NCBI GenBank assembly: GCA_034226945.1
Contig: CP120456.1
Coordinates: forward strand, 186,001 to 250,000
DNA from: Picochlorum sp. SENEW3
Lineage: Eukaryota
DNA length: 64,000 nucleotides
Direction: 5' to 3'
Both the position numbers and the translations under genes were made by a program. How positions within the stretch are numbered: position 1 is the stretch's first letter; the number at the start of each line of letters is the position of its first letter. The notes beneath the pieces are model-generated. The model had not been told where the DNA came from. It was given only the letters and a program-made list of their open reading frames with translations, and searched no databases. Shown in pieces: positions 1 through 12,400 of the stretch.

Positions 1-1217
1 TTTTCGCCGCCTTGAAGGCAGAGAATAAAACGTACAAGACTAAAGTGATTGTTTCATCTCATGATTATGAGAATACGGCGAGCGATGAGAAATTGAGGCA
101 GTTGGTTGCTGCTATTCGTGGAGTGGGTGCAGATATTGTAAAGTTTGCGACGACAGGAAATGATATTACGGATGCTAATAGGGTGTTGTCTATTGTCAGA
201 GAGGCGTCGAAAGATGGTCCAGTGATTGGTTTGTGTATGGGGGAGAAGGGACAGGCGACGAGAATATTGGCACCAAAATATGGTGGGTTTTTGACATTTG
301 GAGCATTGAGTCCTGAGCGTCAGACAGCGCCAGGGCAGCCAACAATTCATCAGTTGGTCAATCTATATAGATTGAAGGAGCAGAGCAAAGACACAAAGGT
401 TCTTGGAATTGTGGGAAATCCTATTGGGCATAGCAAATCTCCAGCCATTCATAATGCTGCTCTCTCTCAGGGAGGCCTTGATTATGTGTATGTTCCATTG
501 TTGGTGGATGATTTCGATGCATTTATGGAATCTCTACCGGATTCTGACTGGGTTGGACTTGGGGTAACCATCCCTCATAAAACAGCTGCGTTGGCTGCTG
601 CAGTGGAGTCAGATGATGTTGCACGGCAGATTGGTGCAGCCAATACTCTTGTACGCTGTGAGGATGGTGGATTTAAGGCATTCAACACTGACTGGCTCGC
701 AGCAATATCGTCGATAGAAAATGCCATGGATAAAACTTCTGGCGAGTCTCCATTGAAGGGCAAAAAGGTTGTTGTTCTTGGTGCTGGAGGTGCTGGAAGA
801 GCTCTTGCATTTGGAGCAGCCTCGCGAGGTGCCCATGTCGTTGTCGCGAATAGAACTGTAGATAAAGCATCAGATCTTGCTCGCCAACTTAGTCCCCCAG
901 GAGAAGGCGTGTCGTTGGCAGATTTACAGAATGGAAAGGTCCAAGGGGATGTTTTGGTGAACACAACATCAGTAGGAATGCAGCCACATGATGATCAGTC
1001 ACCCCTGCCAGAGGGTGTTACCGCAACATTCTCGGTTGTATTTGATGCCGTGTATACGCCATTGCATACCAAGCTTTTGCAGCATGCAGAGAAGGCTGGA
1101 GCAACAATAGTCACTGGAGAGAAAATGTTTGTAGGGCAGGCTGCTGAGCAATACCACTTATTCACTGGTGAACATCCTGACACAGAACTCATGACAAATA
1201 TTGTTCTTGGAAAATGA
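1..1217 (+). CDS. Bifunctional 3-dehydroquinate dehydratase / shikimate dehydrogenase (5' part outside window)
   Basis: Type I DHQase motifs (SSHDY, ADIVKFAT, TAPGQP) followed by shikimate DH motifs (HSKSPAIHN, VTIPHK, GAANT, NTD, GAGGAGRA). Confidence 0.95.
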   Translation, partial: FAALKAENKTYKTKVIVSSHDYENTASDEKLRQLVAAIRGVGADIVKFATTGNDITDANRVLSIVREASKDGPVIGLCMGEKGQATRILAPKYGGFLTFGALSPERQTAPGQPTIHQLVNLYRLKEQSKDTKVLGIVGNPIGHSKSPAIHNAALSQGGLDYVYVPLLVDDFDAFMESLPDSDWVGLGVTIPHKTAALAAAVESDDVARQIGAANTLVRCEDGGFKAFNTDWLAAISSIENAMDKTSGESPLKGKKVVVLGAGGAGRALAFGAASRGAHVVVANRTVDKASDLARQLSPPGEGVSLADLQNGKVQGDVLVNTTSVGMQPHDDQSPLPEGVTATFSVVFDAVYTPLHTKLLQHAEKAGATIVTGEKMFVGQAAEQYHLFTGEHPDTELMTNIVLGK

Positions 1218-1250
1218 CAACGTAACAATTTTTTAAATAACATTGAATAC

Positions 1251-2243
1251 CTATTTCGTTGCCCCTCCAGGCATTGACTGCAGAATATCCAACAATGCTG
1301 CAGGATCATTCATGACTTGCGCAGCTATTTCTGACGCTTCATTTTTCTTCTCATCATCATTGACTATTTGTAGTTCTTCGGAAGCGCCGTTATTATTCTG
1401 AGGAGGCAGGCCGTCTTCTTCTACTGCAGGCTGCTCAACATAACTCCCCGAGCTTGGGAGCACACTGAGAGCCCCCAAGGCAGCATTGTACTTTCTATGT
1501 TCTTCCTGTACCAACACTTCCAAGTGATCGATGACAGCCTTCCGTGTGTCCATTTCATCCTTCAAAGCCTGTTGAAAATTCTGGAGAGCACCTACATCCT
1601 GGCCATGTGAATTGTCATACGTATGCTCTGCCCGTGTTCGCTGTTGATGACACGTTGCAGCCCGATCCATCTTTTCCATCAAAGTTTGAATATATGAAGG
1701 AATAGTTGGCTGTGCCGTATCGCTCGCTCGAGGTACAGGGCGACTTTTCCCTTCTGCTTTTGCTGCAGTGACATACCTGTCCGCATCTTCCACAAACCTC
1801 CGAAACTTTGAACTTTTACTTCCAAATACTTGCCTTTTTTCCCATACACTAATCATTCTATCCACAGATTTCTTTCCCGCATCATCAGCTTTCTGAAGAA
1901 ATGCAGCAACTGCTTTTGGCAACACTTTTAAAAACTCTTGCACATACTCTGGACCCTTTTTTCGACTGCACGCAAACACATAGCATCATTACTACTCGTA
2001 TCATGAATATATCTTTAATCATTCGAAATAATTGTACCTTGTTTGCAGGACATCATTCGCCAAGTACAACAGAGACAACTTTTTTTTCGTAGAGGACTTG
2101 GAAAAGTATGCTTCCCACCACATTACAACTTTGCTGGCTTCCGATCGCCACAAACATATCCAACTCGAAGTACTTTCAATTGATTCTTGGCTATTTGTCA
2201 GTTTGTCCATACGCTGAACGAAGGATCCTTCGTCACACGCCAT
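1251..2243 (-). CDS. CID/RPR-domain RNA Pol II CTD-binding protein (RPRD/Rtt103-like), 2 exons
   Basis: SQESIESTSSW...LYLANDVLQ...RMISVWEKRQVF matches the CID consensus. GT-AG intron 1966-2037 joins ORFs 2019..2243 and 1251..1979 in frame. Confidence 0.85.
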
Positions 2244-2509
2244 GGCTCTTATTCGCCCCTCAACTCGTATGAAAACTCACTTGATGATGCTCAAAGCATG
2301 ACAATATTTTTTATTGATTTTTTTAGACCATCCAAGCGTTCAATATGGGATCTATGGATTGCAAGACACGATGACATACACAGTTTCTGTGGAACATCGG
2401 TCGTGCATCCTTTTTGACCGGAAACGATCGATCTATCAGCAATATTGGTCTCTTCAAGGGCGACTAGTAACGGTTGGTCTCACCAAATAGAAAGCTAACC
2501 AACAAAATA

Positions 2510-3622
2510 ATGACTACACCGTCATATCAGGATGAGAAAGGAATCGTAGAACGAGAAGCGGGTGCGGAGAGACAGCTACAGCAAAGTTCTCGCCATGCAG
2601 GAAGAAGGAGGGAGATTATTCTCGACGAGGACGACTGGATAGCTGCAATGGAAGGTATAATAGAACGAGATTTTTTTCCAGATTTAAAGACTCTCCGGGA
2701 ACGCGTGGAAGGGCTCGAGCGAGACACTCCAGGCCAAATACTGTCGTTCAGCCAAGAGAGAGGGGCAGCAGGTTCTTGGGAGCCGACGCCATACGAACCA
2801 GACTTAACCGAAGCAGGGACGTCGGAAAGGGCTCCCAAGTTGACATTAGATCAGTTTCTGTCGCGATACACGTCCGAAGATAACGCGAGTTTCCGTGATA
2901 TACTGGATAGGTCCAACGCTGTGCGCAGGGAAAAGTTCAAGCATCTTTTAAAGCCTCCCAACCCATGCGATCAGAAGAAGACTACTGAGCGGTTGACTGA
3001 TGGATATGGGACGACAGGTCAGGGAGAGGATAAAATGATTGGGTGGAAGTATAAACCTGTGAATATGTTGATGTATGATGGCTCAAGCAGGAAGAGTTTG
3101 GCATATTCTTCGAGTGAAAAGCCACGTAAAGTACAGAATGGGGTCAATCACAAGGCTACACATGCGCACGTGGATACATCCGGGGGTATTGTGTATGGTT
3201 CTCGTGAGGGAGGCACTAGCACATCACAAGCAGAGGCAGCGCCTCGGGAGTACAGCATCATGGCAACACCGGTCATCGAGCCTGGAGTTGATGCAACGCC
3301 TCTTATGACATGGGGTAAAATAGATGCGACTCCTCAGAGGCTCGACCATGACAATGCTTCGGGATTTAAAGTACAGCAAACTCCCACAAGAGAGCAACTT
3401 GCCCACAGCCTGGGAGGCAAGGCATCAAAGGCAATCAACAAGAGGTCTGGGCATGGTACTTCTCATGCTGCAAAGCTCGTATCGAGAGCTCTGTCGCAGA
3501 GAGGCTCGGCGACTCCCATGTCTCCAGCTGCTCGCCGACTCGCCGGGCATATAACCAAAAAGAGAGATACTGATGATGCTTTGAGGGCATCCTACTCTGC
3601 TGGTCACAAGAGGCGACGATAA
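2510..3622 (+). CDS. ESS2: Splicing factor ESS-2/DGCR14 homolog
   Basis: LDEDDW..MEGIIERDFFPDL, LDQFLSRYTSEDNASF, PLMTWGKI and MSPAARRL motifs. Confidence 0.9.
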   Translation: MTTPSYQDEKGIVEREAGAERQLQQSSRHAGRRREIILDEDDWIAAMEGIIERDFFPDLKTLRERVEGLERDTPGQILSFSQERGAAGSWEPTPYEPDLTEAGTSERAPKLTLDQFLSRYTSEDNASFRDILDRSNAVRREKFKHLLKPPNPCDQKKTTERLTDGYGTTGQGEDKMIGWKYKPVNMLMYDGSSRKSLAYSSSEKPRKVQNGVNHKATHAHVDTSGGIVYGSREGGTSTSQAEAAPREYSIMATPVIEPGVDATPLMTWGKIDATPQRLDHDNASGFKVQQTPTREQLAHSLGGKASKAINKRSGHGTSHAAKLVSRALSQRGSATPMSPAARRLAGHITKKRDTDDALRASYSAGHKRRR

Positions 3623-3718
3623 CCTCGCCTAGACGTGTCATGAAATTTATTTATTTATATCTAGTAACCAAATCGACGTCGCATGATGTATCTGTAGAAA
3701 TTGCCTAGTTCCACAACG

Positions 3719-5012
3719 ATGAAGGGGCATGGTTTACAGCAAACACCGGGTATTGCGCCACAGAGGAGAGAAGATATCGAATCGGGGGTAACTATGAAAA
3801 GTAAAGGTCCATTTGGGACTAGGAAGCGGCGGAATAGACGTTGTTCGCTGCCACTCAATGTGTTGCTGGTGCGGTTATCAACAACTTTCCAAGCTGACAT
3901 GTAGGCGCAGATTTTCATCTTCTTTTTGGATTACAGGGAACTTTAGGAGTATTTATATTCTTTGTGGTAATTGGGAGCATGAAAAAGTCGAGAGAGAATG
4001 GTCTTGGTGGGGGAAGAGCAAAGGTTGACACTGGTCAGCCAACATTGTTCACATATAGAATTGTAGAAGAATACGACCACGACCCAAATGCTTTTACTCA
4101 GGGTTTTGAGATTCTTAAAAGATGTGATAGATCGGGTAAGGAGTGCAAAACATCATTTATTGAGTCTACAGGATTGAATCGCAAGTCTACTGTGCGCGAG
4201 GTTGATATTGAGACTGGGGAGGTGGTGAGATCGAAGCATCTTGCAGCAGAAGATTTTGGAGAAGGGATTACTCGATTAGGAGATACGTTGTATCAATTGA
4301 CATGGCGATCGCCCAAAATATTGGAGTATGATGTTGATAATTTTGATAATCAGAAGATGCGCAAGGTATGTCTACATACAAACACATGTGTGTGTCCAAC
4401 ACAATTGCAGATTGATTGACATCTTCTCGCAACCTGTAGACATCGTTGAAAGACGGATGGGGTATCACGAATGATGGGACGAGTCTGATCATCGGGGACT
4501 CCTCGCACGTGTTGTATTTTGTGAACCCGTCAACAATGAAGACGGAGCGTAGCATTCCAGTGACAGGTATGTGCATGCATGCATTCAAAAAGATAACGAC
4601 AAGACTGTATCTGATGAATGTGTATGTAGATGATGGTGCTTCTGTGACATGGGTTAATGAATTAGAATGGGTAGATGGCCTTATTTATGCAAACATCTGG
4701 CAGCGAGAGTGCATTGCTCAGATAGAACCAACAACTGGGAATGTTGTTGGGTGGGTGGATTTGTCAGGTATAACACATAAACTCATGGGCGATATGCGCG
4801 CGGCAGGAAATGGAGGACATCATATCGATGTTCTGAATGGAATAGCCTGGGATGACGGGGAAGGCAAACTGTACATCACTGGGAAGCTGTGGCCCAAGGT
4901 GTACCAGATTGAGCTCAGACCAATGTATGTCGACTCGAAATCAATAGATGTGAAAAAGATGACTGCACAAGTGCGGGAACGCTGTATTCTTCCACCAGGA
5001 ACAACTCTATGA
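3719..5012 (+). CDS. Plant/bacterial-type glutaminyl-peptide cyclotransferase with N-terminal membrane anchor, 4 exons
   Basis: HDPNAFTQG, ESTG, FGEG, QLTW, GWG, NELE, YANIW, VLNGIAWD, TGKLWP motifs. Introns about 3869-3936, 4366-4438 and 4567-4630 restore the frame, and the first splice creates a hydrophobic segment LNVLLGTLGVFIFFVVIG. Confidence 0.9.
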
Positions 5013-5027
5013 TTGATTATTACAATG

Positions 5028-6332
5028 TTACGTATATTTTTTGCGCACCAGATCCCGCAGTTGCCGCATTCTTTCAATAACTTCAGGATTCATAAGAGAT
5101 GATGCCTGGCTCATCATGGTTGCCGTGCTTGTCTTCGATGTATCATACACGGTCAAAATATTCTCAATTGTATTCAAAAGTGCATCTGGCGTTGTATGCA
5201 AATAGTCCTCACTTGTCGTCGACAGATCTGCGCCAGGTTGAAATGCTTGCTCGAGCAGTGACATGCGCTCAGACTCGCTATCAACAGAGAGCAGAAACTT
5301 TAGTATCCGAGCCTCTGGTGGAGCCTGAGACGCAAACTTTTCCTTTGCTTTGAAATACAAGTGTGCCATAATGTCTTTCACCTCTTCTTTGGTTATATCA
5401 GTCTCTTTCACGCCCGAATACGCCTTGGCCATTGTCAAGAGCAATGCTGGGTCCAGTTTCCCAGATGCTGCCAAGCTATCCAATTTGGCCTCGGCAGTTT
5501 CCATAGAATCAGACTGCAAAAGCTCTGCAAAACTCTGACTTGCAGCGTCCAGTGCGCTCTCATCAGACACAACCTTATCGTACGCATCCACCAAAACTGC
5601 CAACTGTGTCCCCAGGGCCGCAAGCGCCTCAGCCTCTGCAGACATGGCTTCATCCTGAGGGCCATCATCATCCTTCCTTGAATTCTTATGCAGCGCTTGC
5701 GCTGCACGGATTCTAAGTTCAATATGTTCGAAAAAATCAGCACCCATGGAAGCTCTATACCGCGCCACGAGAGATTCCCAGTCCATGGAAGAACTCTGTC
5801 TAAACTGGTCCAACAAATCCTTCTGCTCTGCCAACATATCACTCACAGACACAAGCCGCCGCAAAAAGCGCCTCAGCTCCAACTGCTCATCAGGATCATC
5901 AGATTTACTTGCTGCAATATCCTCGATCCGATCAAACACACCTGATGCTAAACTAGGCCATTGTACACTGTACACAATCAATTTCTTCCACTCCTCTGGC
6001 TTCTTGGCCCGAAACACCTCTATTAATTTATCGTAAATTATGGTATTATTCTCTCGAGCCTCTGCCTTTAACGACTTTTTCCTTGATGATGCATATGTGT
6101 TGTTGTCATCGCCATCACCAACAGCATCAGACTCGCGTCCCTGAGGCGCACTGTCGCCCGTGTCCCCAGAAGAGCAAACGCAAAAAGGCAGACGCCGTGT
6201 GTTCAGTCTATGCTCCGTACAATACTCTCGCACAGAAATGTACGGCTTCAAAGTTATATTTCTAGCAGAATGGACTGTAGATCGCCGCGATGGCGTGAAT
6301 GAAGCACAAGAAGAAAAATGTTGCATGACCAT
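5028..6332 (-). CDS. Conserved uncharacterised plastid protein (At4g37920-like)
   Basis: Ser/Arg-rich transit-like N-terminus. The segment KLDSLA..GKLDPALLL..AKAYSGVKE....EEVKDIMAHLY resembles the green-lineage family. Confidence 0.7.
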   Translation of the reverse strand: MVMQHFSSCASFTPSRRSTVHSARNITLKPYISVREYCTEHRLNTRRLPFCVCSSGDTGDSAPQGRESDAVGDGDDNNTYASSRKKSLKAEARENNTIIYDKLIEVFRAKKPEEWKKLIVYSVQWPSLASGVFDRIEDIAASKSDDPDEQLELRRFLRRLVSVSDMLAEQKDLLDQFRQSSSMDWESLVARYRASMGADFFEHIELRIRAAQALHKNSRKDDDGPQDEAMSAEAEALAALGTQLAVLVDAYDKVVSDESALDAASQSFAELLQSDSMETAEAKLDSLAASGKLDPALLLTMAKAYSGVKETDITKEEVKDIMAHLYFKAKEKFASQAPPEARILKFLLSVDSESERMSLLEQAFQPGADLSTTSEDYLHTTPDALLNTIENILTVYDTSKTSTATMMSQASSLMNPEVIERMRQLRDLVRKKYT

Positions 6333-6671
6333 GTTGTTTGAATAAGTGATGCCCTCTTCTCAATAACAACAGCCCCAACACATACAATTCCTACTTCTTT
6401 CTGATATAAATTTTTGTGAATATAGTAGTACATGAACGCTTCACTGTCGAATGGATGAGGTTCCCATCCACCCCAAGGCTCCTAGAATAAGAAATACAGA
6501 AATTTCTGTTTACACTTGCCAAGTTTCTGTATTATTATTAATCAAGTTGTAGAAAACAAAGGGCAGAACAACAAAGATCCAGAACTGAGGCAAATTCACT
6601 ACCATCTACAGTTTATATAGAAAATTTGCAAACCTGCTTGACAGGTTGAGGTGTTACTATAAGGGTATCCA

Positions 6672-7869
6672 CTACGTCAAAAAAAAAGCAAGCATGGGTC
6701 TCTCTCTCCTGAACAGAAGGACTACCAAAACAAGGGATACACATCCATCATGGAATTGAAAATTCCTGGATACGGGGAAATGACGACACCAGAGATCCTT
6801 CCTCCAAAGTGTGGGTATACTGCGTATGTAGGGATACCACCACTCTACAACATTGCAATTGCTTTCTGGGGAACCATATTGTGCATAGGTGACACAAATC
6901 CATACTATTATGCGCATGATGTAGGTCCACTTGGAAGAGGTCCTTGTATGAAAAGAGGGCATTGGGTCACTCGTTACCATGGCCTCTACGTTCTGTCTTG
7001 ATATTGTTGGGAGGAAAACCTATACAGACCAACACAACCTCTCTGGTGAAGAGAGTCTGTCATCTTGCTCCTCTCAGTACCTCCATCTCGTTTCACCAGT
7101 CAAAGTACTACGGCATCCTGGCAGGCGCCCGTGGGGTTTCCAGAGCAGCGTCAATGTGATTGGCTTGTCGCCAAACATGAACTCCTTCTGGGTAAAAGGC
7201 TCCACTTTGTCAACCTTGAGCAATGAAATGTGATGGGTACTTAGGATAGTGCGATGTCCTTTCTGATGAATTATCGGAGAAACTTCAATGACAGGGAGGT
7301 CCAATTGCTGCAAGGCCAGCATGGTGTCATCTTCATCCAAAGGTTCTCCATCTTCTGCTTCTGCGTAGACCATAAACTCATGCGTACGTACACGAGTCTT
7401 CCAAATGATTTGGAATTCCTTTGATTCCGCAACGGGCCATTCTGGAACATCCAAGGTAAACGTATCATTCGGTGCCATCGCATCCATGACAGGCAGATAG
7501 CGTTCCCTGACGCAAAACTCAGCCATGAGGATTGCTGCGTGATACAACTTCTTCTTCTTCTTCTTCTGCGAGCTGGGCTCCGGAATCTCTTTCACGGAAT
7601 ACCTTGGATAACCTTGGATGCGTATACATCGCTTTCTGGGCTCCCAATGCTTCCAGCTGGTCATAGAGGTAGGTCTCGACCGCAGCACTGAATTGGTCAC
7701 GGAGGTCCATCATGACAATATTGAGGTCGGGATGGGTCTCCCATAAATCAAGGGGATTGGGAACCTCAATTTGAACTTCAAAAGGAACAAGTTTTCCATT
7801 GGGTTGGGTTGGGTCTGTAGGTTCGAACGCGGCAACTTGTTCAAGAACATGCTCCTAAATCTGAATCAT
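6672..7869 (-). pseudogene. Disrupted orphan reading frame, possibly a transposon/LINE ORF1 relic
   Basis: ATG at 7869 with TAG at codon 5, a frame switch at the (GAA)6 tract near 7550 into the 208-aa ORF, then in-frame stops (7074 and about 7020) before the same-frame ORF 6672..6980. Confidence 0.45.
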
Positions 7870-8169
7870 CCTGATTGTCTCTCAGTGATTCCCTAGCATG
7901 CTTGGTTGGATGCTGCCTTATGTTTCTCTCAAAAAAAATATACACGGTTTTTGAGAGTATGATACAGTATATTCGCACCTAGTGACACATGGGTCGTCTT
8001 CATGGATCCTTCCTTCCCTTTAAAAAAAAGAAAAGGAAAAGTTCCGTATATAGATACAAAATATCGTTCAGACTGTGCTCACCATCGACCTTGAACTGAG
8101 CCACAATGGTTATCCAATTCTATCAGAATCAGAAAGTATTACACCCACCAAATAACGACACAGGCAATA

Positions 8170-10087
8170 ATGACGTCTGGCCCTGAAGAAGTTGCAACTG
8201 CCGACGCCAATCAGAACGGTCAGGTCGAGGAGGGTATTCCCCCTACAGGGAGAGTTAAACGCCCTGTGAGACCAGATGATGACGCTCAAAAGGCAAAGAT
8301 TGAAGAACTTCAGTCCATCAGTACGTATATGTGGCGCTGATCGCATGTTTCTGAAATCTCGGTTGAGATACCGGCTGCGGGGGTGTTGTGCCATATTCTC
8401 GGTCGATGCTCCTGTTTTTTGACAATATTTCAGTAGAATTACGCATCAATCATCGCGCATTTGGTGGTTTTTGGTCATCTGCCGTGTGTTGATCTCAACC
8501 TTGAAGATTCGACGACGACGTGACTGATACGGGCATGATATACATGTGCAGTTAATGAAAATAAGAAGAGATCTGAGGAGATCAAGGCGATTCTGGAGAG
8601 ACGCCGTGGAAGTGGAGGTTCTGCTGCTATGCAGGAGATCAGGACAAAGCTGAATGATTGCAGGGAAAAGTTTAAAGATCTCGTGGTATGTTTTGGTGAA
8701 AATCCATTGCATTGTGTGTGTATCCTACTGTATACAATGTTTGTATTCTGTGCAGAAACAAAAGCAAGCGCTTCGCAGTCAATTTGAGAATGCAACCAAG
8801 ATGAGGGATGCTGCGCGTGATGCCACTCGTGAACTCAAGTCAATGATCCGTTTCAAGAATGAAGAAGAGATTGATGAGGAGATTTCGAAACTTGAAGATG
8901 AGATTCAGCACAGTTCTTTGAGTCTGAATGAGGAGAAGAGAGTTGTGGATGACATTCGTCAGTTGAAGAACAGCAAGTCAATTGTATCTGAATTCAGCGC
9001 CAAGATGGAACAGTTGTCCGCAGATGAGACCACATGCAAGGAGATTAACAATGCTATCAAATCTATTGATGTGGAAATCACCAAAGTGCGACAGGAGGAG
9101 GATGAACTCAGAGCTGCCATGAATGCAGAGAGGAAGAAGGAGGAAGCTTCTGGAAATGATAATCAGAGCTTGTGGAGTGAAAAGGAGAAATGCAAGGACG
9201 CATGCAAGGACGCCTACGAAAAAATTAAAGACTTGAGGGCTGCTTTTGATCAAGAGTGGCAGGATTTCAAGGCAAAGGACAAGGTATGGAGGGCTCAACA
9301 GGCAGCTGAGAAGGCCAGAAAGCGTGAGGAGTACCTCAAGGAAAAGGCTACAAGGGAGGCTGAGCGTGCAGCCAGAGAAGCAGAGATGAGACCAGATCCT
9401 TTCACCGAGGAAATAATCATGTGTGACCAGCTTGCCGTGTATCTGGGTAAATTTACAGACGGCGGATCCAAGAATGCCTCTGACTCATCTGGAGCCAATG
9501 CCACAGAGCCAGCAGCCTTGGATGGCATGAAGGTCCTGAAGAAGGAGGGAGAAGATCCTGATGCATGGATGATGGGTACTGGAAAGAAGAAGGGAAAAGG
9601 AAAGAAGTCGGGAGCAAAACCAGTGTCGTCTGAAAAGCTTATTCACTCTGTTGATATCCTCAGTGCATTTGCATCTCTCAAGGTGTCTGTACCAATCACC
9701 AAGAATGATGTGCCAGATATCCTCAAGCAGGTGAATGAAAAGAGGGAATCGTTCGTTCAAAAGCAAGCAGCAGCAAAGGAAGGAAAAGACGTGAGCAGCA
9801 ATGCAGAGGAGCCTGAAGAGTCGACTGCAAGTGGCAGCACCACTGGCAAGAAGGCTCCAAAGAAGAAGACCATGGCGCCTCCCAAGTTAGATGACGAAAG
9901 TTCTTGGCCATCCATGGGTGCCCAACCCACTCCAGTTGAAGCTACCAACGAAGCAGCAGCAGAAGAAGAAGAAGAGTTAGAAGAAGGCGAAGTCGTACCA
10001 ACTCCAAAAACTGGCAATATTGCCGTGTCCCTTACAGTTGCAGCAGACTCGCCAGACCCAGTCTCAGTGTCCATCTCACACGAGTAA
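8170..10087 (+). CDS. Proton-pump-interactor / Bfr1-like coiled-coil protein, 3 exons
   Basis: VKRPVRPDD..KAKIEELQ, HSSLSLNEEKRVVDDIRQLK, PF.EEI..CDQLAVYL and LIHSVD...F..L.V.VP motifs. Introns 8321-8551 and 8686-8755 keep the frame. Confidence 0.75.
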
Positions 10088-10125
10088 ACGTCGATATCGT
10101 TGAACATTTTTGTAAAAGAAAGAAA

Positions 10126-11605
10126 TCAATGTTGATCACTATCATCTCCAAACAAGCGGGTACCCTTGGCGTACACATTAAATACACCACTGCCTAGAAT
10201 ACACAAGGCTGCAGCCAAGGAGAAGCCAAGGAACCACCCAGCGGGGGTGGCTCCATCATTATTCCATGCCAAAATCTGACCCATGACGGCAACTCCAATC
10301 ACACCAGACAGTGTACCAGCAGTATTACTAATCCCCCTACACATGAGATGAATTCAAAGTCGTATCAACACGTGTACAGAAGGAAAAAGAACAACAACAA
10401 CAACTCAGACCAACGCACATGACAGCTCCAGCATACTTTGGAGCAATATCCATATGATTGACGCTAAAACCACCACGAGCGAATCCTGCTGCAGCTAACG
10501 CAGACGTCGTATATATAATACCCTGAAACACGCCCCGTGCCTGCGCCATGACGCAGAGCGCCACAGATGCCAAGAAAAACCCAACCGTGTTGACACACTT
10601 TCTCCCTCCAGCAACAGAGAGCCCGTGCCGACTAATAAGATAATCCCCCACCCATCCACCCATATTACTCGTCAAAAACATCCCTAAATATGGAAGCGTC
10701 TTGGCAAAACCAACAGACTCTATGCTTGCATGCAGCACCTTGTCAAAGTATGTTGGCAACCAATTCATCACTATATAAAAGGCATAGTGGAATGTAAAAT
10801 TGTTAATCACGATACTCCACGTTGCTGGATGAGACAGAATATTCTTCCACGGAGTTTTCAATGCCCTCCGCCGCCGAGTACTCCCTCCTCCATTTGCTGC
10901 AGTCGACACTGGCAAACCACCAGAACTATGACTTGCAACACGTCGCATCACTCTCCGAAACATGACCAACCACAGCACACCTAGTATCCCCACCAGCCGC
11001 AATATCGTCGCCGCCCCATATTTCTTTGACACCATTGGCAACAATTCCATCGCAGCCGCAGACCCCAAATACATCCCGCTTGTCGTCAACGACACAGCCT
11101 TGGCCCGCTCCTGTGCTGGAATCCAAATAGACAGCACAGTATGCACCGACGGAATTAAAAAGCCTTGCGACACACCCACAATAAAACGAGCGCACATAAG
11201 AGCCACTGTATTCCTCGCATTCCCCGGCGTCACCAGAGAGGCCAAAGACCACAAGCCAAAGCACACCACCAACACCCCTTCCCCACCAAACCTCTGAGCA
11301 GCAATACCCCCCGGAATCTGAGAAATACCATATCCCCAATAAAATGCAGACATCACCGCCCCCTTTGTACCCTGATCAACATCTGATTCCTTTGCCATGA
11401 GTGTATACGCAATCGAAAACCCAGTCCTCTCCACGTACGCAGTCAGAGTTGCCAAGAAACACATGGCAATCACCAAGTGCCTCGGCTCTGGATACAGAAA
11501 CACCCCCCAAGATCCATATCGCGATCTTTTCATACTGCGATATCGCTGCTGGTATACTGGATCATCAAATCGCCACTTCATTCCACCGGAACGTTGCGTT
11601 GACAT
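10126..11605 (-). CDS. MFS anion/phosphate transporter (PHT4/SLC17 family), 2 exons
   Basis: About 12 hydrophobic segments; SAFYWGY.ISQIPGG, WIPAQERAKA, WLPTYF, VNHMDIAPKYAG..M|GISNTAGTLSG; intron about 10337-10418. Confidence 0.9.
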
Positions 11606-11916
11606 GCCTCGCGACTACTCCCGTGATCGAAATCTACTCCATTTCCTCTCCATTGTTGATCAATCAATACTATGAAGAATCTCAATTAAACATACAACTA
11701 TGTTTCATGAATACTACGGCATCAGTAAAGTCAATCAATGTGTAACTTTCCAGTTGAAAGAAGAAGAAGAAGAACATCTCTTCACTTAACAGAGAAGAGA
11801 AAGAGAAAAAGATATTGTTGTTGGTATTCTTACATGCGTCAAAGTATGATGTTGTATGTTATATGGTTGGGTTTCAACAAGAAAGGTTGAGTTTATGAAT
11901 CATTGGAACAGCAAGC

Positions 11917-12178
11917 TCATGCTTGAGCTGCCTCAGCAGCAGGCTTGTCTCCTCCCTCCTCAAGACCGTGCTTTGCCGCTTCAGCATACGTTTCCTTGTG
12001 CTCTGCAGCGCCCTTCTTCTCTACATCAGCTGGCTCTGCATTCATATAGTCACATCAGTAGTAGTAGTAGTAGTAGTAAAGAGAAGATTGATTCCGTTGG
12101 CGAATGAATACAGATTACAACGCGATCAATGTACGTACGAGCAGATTCTTCTTTTGGCTTGGAAGCACAGAGTCCCAT
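11917..12178 (-). CDS. 52-aa microprotein with N-terminal myristoylation/palmitoylation-type motif (not in ORF track)
   Basis: Exon 12178-12139, intron 12138-12036 (GTACGT...TGCAG) and exon 12035-11917 give MGLCASKPKEESAQPADVEKKGAAEHKETYAEAAKHGLEEGGDKPAAEAAQA*. Confidence 0.8.
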
Positions 12179-12400
12179 CTTGGCAAAGTCTTACGTCACA
12201 CTGTTTACGATACAAGGTCTATGTGAATATTTTTAATCTTTTAGTCAGTGTGTGCGACGATGGTCGTGTGATGGTCGAATCCGACGTCATCCGATACGGA
12301 TTGGATTCTTGGACAACGCGTCAACCACTGTCAACATACATCGAGGCACGCACGCGCCTCTCTTCTCTCTCTTCAGCTGAAGAAGAAGAAGAAGGCGTTC

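Noticed and set aside
8321..8551. snoRNA in the 231-nt first intron of the PPI/Bfr1-like gene
   Set aside because: Only a 9-bp complement (GGTTGAGAT/ATCTCAACC); no clear C/D or H/ACA arrangement.
12058..12078. (AGT)n microsatellite, also (CAT)n at about 13240
   Set aside because: Ordinary short tandem repeats, one intronic and one encoding poly-Asp.
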